From Macrostomum lignano (taxonomy: Eukaryota): 64,000 nucleotides of DNA. The translations under genes were made by a program, and so were the position numbers. Under the pieces are notes generated by a model that was not told the origin of the DNA, did not search any database, and was given only the letters and a program-made list of their open reading frames with translations. The stretch is from assembly GCA_002269645.1 (NCBI GenBank), contig NIVC01000186.1, positions 652,001 to 716,000 on the forward strand. The letters are read 5' to 3'. Below are positions 61,240 through 64,000 of the stretch, one piece after another (position 1 is the stretch's first letter; every line of letters begins with the position of its first letter).

Positions 61240-64000
61240 GAGACAGACTAGGCCCATGGGCTAAGGTCTGCGATGCTTCACGCCTGCCCCTATCTTCAGC
61301 AGGTCAAGGCTGGTGGGAGGTCTGCACCCTCTATTTGCCTCTGGCAGCCGCAGACCCCCCCCCCACGCTGTCTCGCAAGTCGACCCAGGGTACTCGTCCC
61401 CGCGTGTGTTCAAGGCAGTCCCTAGGGCTGCTGGACAGACTGGGCTCCGGCGCTGGCGACCCTATCCAGTGGCTTCGGCCGAATTTGGGTATGCGGGTCT
61501 GGCTCGCCAACCTGCAGGCCGTGGTACTGCTCAACGTACTCTCTAATGCCTAAGGTGTTGACCGTGCCGATGGGCTGGAAGGCCGGGGAGTAGTCCGGTC
61601 GCAAGCGGTCCCCCTCCTGGTGTCGGGCCAGCCTTGAGGGTTCTATTGGCCTACTGCCCGGTCAGGTGGAGCGGCCGGGTGGGTACCGCGCCCCTTTGAG
61701 GGTAGCCCACCAACCTTTTATCATGGCCTTCGAGCCGACTATGGATAACCAAGCTTTTTCTAGGGACGGGGACCCTTCTAAACCCCAACCTCAGTCCGAA
61801 GGACCGGCCGGCCCTGCTGGCAGATCCCAACCGACTGATTCAACTGTGGCAAAGGAAGGACCGGCTGGCTCTGCTGGCAGATCCGACCAGAGCTACCAAA
61901 CTCAAAATGCCCAAAGACCTGCCAGCTCCGCTGGTGGATTTAAGGGAACCGCGAGCTCTGAGCCTAAAGGACCGGCCAAATCTGGCAGATCCGATGAAGC
62001 TCAGCGGGCTCGGCTTGAGCGCAAACGCGCTAAACAACGCGCCAAAAGGCAGGCCAAGAAGGGAGCTGCGGGGGCCAAAGATATATTGTTTCTCCGGGGG
62101 GCGGCGTCCACCATGGATGCTGAAGCGACTGGCGTCCCAAGGCAACCAGACGGGCCGGCCGGTGGAAGCTCCGGTAGTTCAGCGGCGGCGCTCCCCTGGA
62201 GATGCTGCTGCGGCTGCTGAGGCCGAAACCACGGCGCAACAAATGGCCACTGCCAACAAGGAGGTTCCTTCGGGAGCTACCTTTGCGGCGAAGGCCAAGG
62301 CCAAAATCCCGGGAGTGATCATCCAAGGTCGCGACCAGGACTGGACCACTGATCAGCTTCAAAAAGTGTGGAGTGCTGTTGACTCCTATCTGATTGAGCT
62401 GACTGTCGAGGAGGGAATCTCCATCGGCATTGAGCGGATGGTGCTGCGAAGCACATTCGTTCTTATTGCTCCTAGCAGCGAGGAGGACGCTCGGCAGCTG
62501 CTTCAGCGGCTACCGACGGTCTCCTTGGATGCTGACCTTGGCGGAGCTCTTTTTCTTCGCGAGGGCCAGCGTCCAAAGACGATACCCTATGTGGTTTTCG
62601 TCCCTGCTAAGAGCACCGCAGCTGGACCAGACGTTATTCGCCGGGTCCTACTGCGTCTGAACCCGACCTCCCTGCTAGTGGACTGGTGTATCACCGTAAA
62701 GTCCGCAGGGGGGAGACGGGCAACTCAATTGTCCTCGGCCTTTCCAGCACTTGGGCGAGTCGGTACCCTAATGGATCCTCTTTCCAGCTGGGTGCCCTCA
62801 AGCTCAAGATGCGCCGAGGAAAGTCTGCCAAAGGAAGGCTACTGCCAACCCCGGCATCTCCGGCAAGAGCGGGGCGCAGTCTAAGGCCCAATGAAAGGCG
62901 CAAGCCGATCCCAAAGCCAAAGCTGCATCTCGCCCCTCTGCTAGCAGCAGTTCGGCGACCGCGGTAACGGCTCCGGCCAAGCCCCGGGAACCAAACCTGC
63001 CAGTCGGAGAAGGAGTTGAGGACGAGGCCGGGTCTTCGGAATCCGAGCTCTCCTCGGCCACCCTGGTGGGGTCTGAAGGTAAAGATGCAGGTGAGGAAGC
63101 TTCCTCCATCCTGTCATCGGAGCCTGAGGACTCTGCTGGGGGCCGGTGGGGGTGAGGAGGCCATGGACGTCGACCAACTCCCATCTCCCAGTCAAGCCCC
63201 AGCGGCCTGGGACGAGGACGATCTGTTGTCCAAGTCTCCTTGATGGCCCTGGGCTCTAGCCAGACATTGCATTTAATACAGTATGAATAAGCTCCACGCT
63301 GCCAAAGGAGCGACATTCTGTCTGCAAATTAATTTACAGCATTGCGTATCTGCGTCAGTAAATCTGATGAAGATTGCTGAGCTGTACAGGCCAGGCCTCA
63401 TCCTGATCCAGGAACCCTGGATGCGCAACGGTAAGTTGCCCAACATTCCCTCTGGCTACTCTGATTTTTATGTGTGTGTGCCCGGGGAACAGCCGCCCTA
63501 GAGCGGCTATCCTCGCTGCTAGCCATCTCCAGGCTTGGCTGAGGACTGATCTCTCTGATGGAGACCTTTGCGTCATCCAATCTAATCATTTCTCTCCGCG
63601 TACGTGTCTTGTTGCCTCGGTTTATATCCCAGGCGACAGAGACCCTGCTCCCGAGAGTTTACTGCGCCTTGCGCAGTACTGCGAGTCCCAGAACGCTGAG
63701 CTGTGCTTAGGGGGCGACCTCAACGTGCACCACAAGCACTGGGGCAGCAAAGATACCAACACTAGAGGAGAGGAGCTTCTGGCCCTTATCTCTAACACAA
63801 ACCTCATGCTCTGCAACCGCGCAGCACTCCTACCTTTAATAATGGCAGATGCGACCGAGTCCTCGACGCCACACTCGTTACCCAAGACTCTTTGACAGAG
63901 TTGAGGAGTGGAGAGTCTGGTCTGAGGATCCCTGTCTGACCACTGCTTTATCGTCTTTAACATCGCGGACACTAAAACCCAGTCTCCGATCACTTGGAGG
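61240..64000 (+). mobile_element. 5' part of a two-ORF LINE (R1/LOA/Jockey-group-like): 5' UTR, frameshifted ORF1, APE endonuclease start of ORF2; antisense within a PNPLA intron
   Basis: ORF2 LQINLQHC..ILIQEPW..[shift]..LVASVYIP..LCLGGDLNVHH..WGS..TN.RGE.L; ORF1 pieces in alternating frames 61730-63243; element runs off the window. 5' boundary approximate. Confidence 0.85.

Noticed and set aside
61255-61350. Possible HDV-like ribozyme at the LINE 5' end (TTCACGC loop; GGTCTGCG/CGCAGACC helix)
   Set aside because: I could not build P1, P3 or P1.1, and there is no catalytic C-x-A-A junction before the 3' helix strand. An Infernal/RNArobo scan would settle it.

Overview
Eukaryotic (animal) genomic DNA with spliced genes. 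GC-rich exons with poly-Ala/Gln tracts and a private minisatellite in almost every intron suggest a flatworm such as Macrostomum; this is an inference, not a search result. Genes rebuilt by hand from splice sites: an AANAT-like GNAT acetyltransferase (-), a CYP4-clan P450 (+) whose exon 2 is split by an intact hAT transposon, single-coding-exon NF-YC (+), ATMIN/ASCIZ (+), a 101-aa three-exon prepropeptide absent from the ORF track (+), a tetraspanin with an unusually long C-tail (-), a small coiled-coil ORF (-), an ~800-aa uncharacterised protein (+), and the 3' part of PNPLA6/7 (neuropathy target esterase, -). Mobile DNA: a decayed RTE-like LINE, a Gypsy pol fragment, two THAP/P-element-like relics, three MITEs with defined target-site duplications (TSDs), two tRNA-derived SINE families, and the 5' part of a frameshifted LINE at the right end. 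About 25 tandem arrays are present. Best leads: the WWPV neuropeptide-like precursor, the intact hAT knocking out a CYP4, the long-tailed tetraspanin, and the organisation of the minisatellites (paired blocks bracketing unique DNA, related units, hairpin-containing units).
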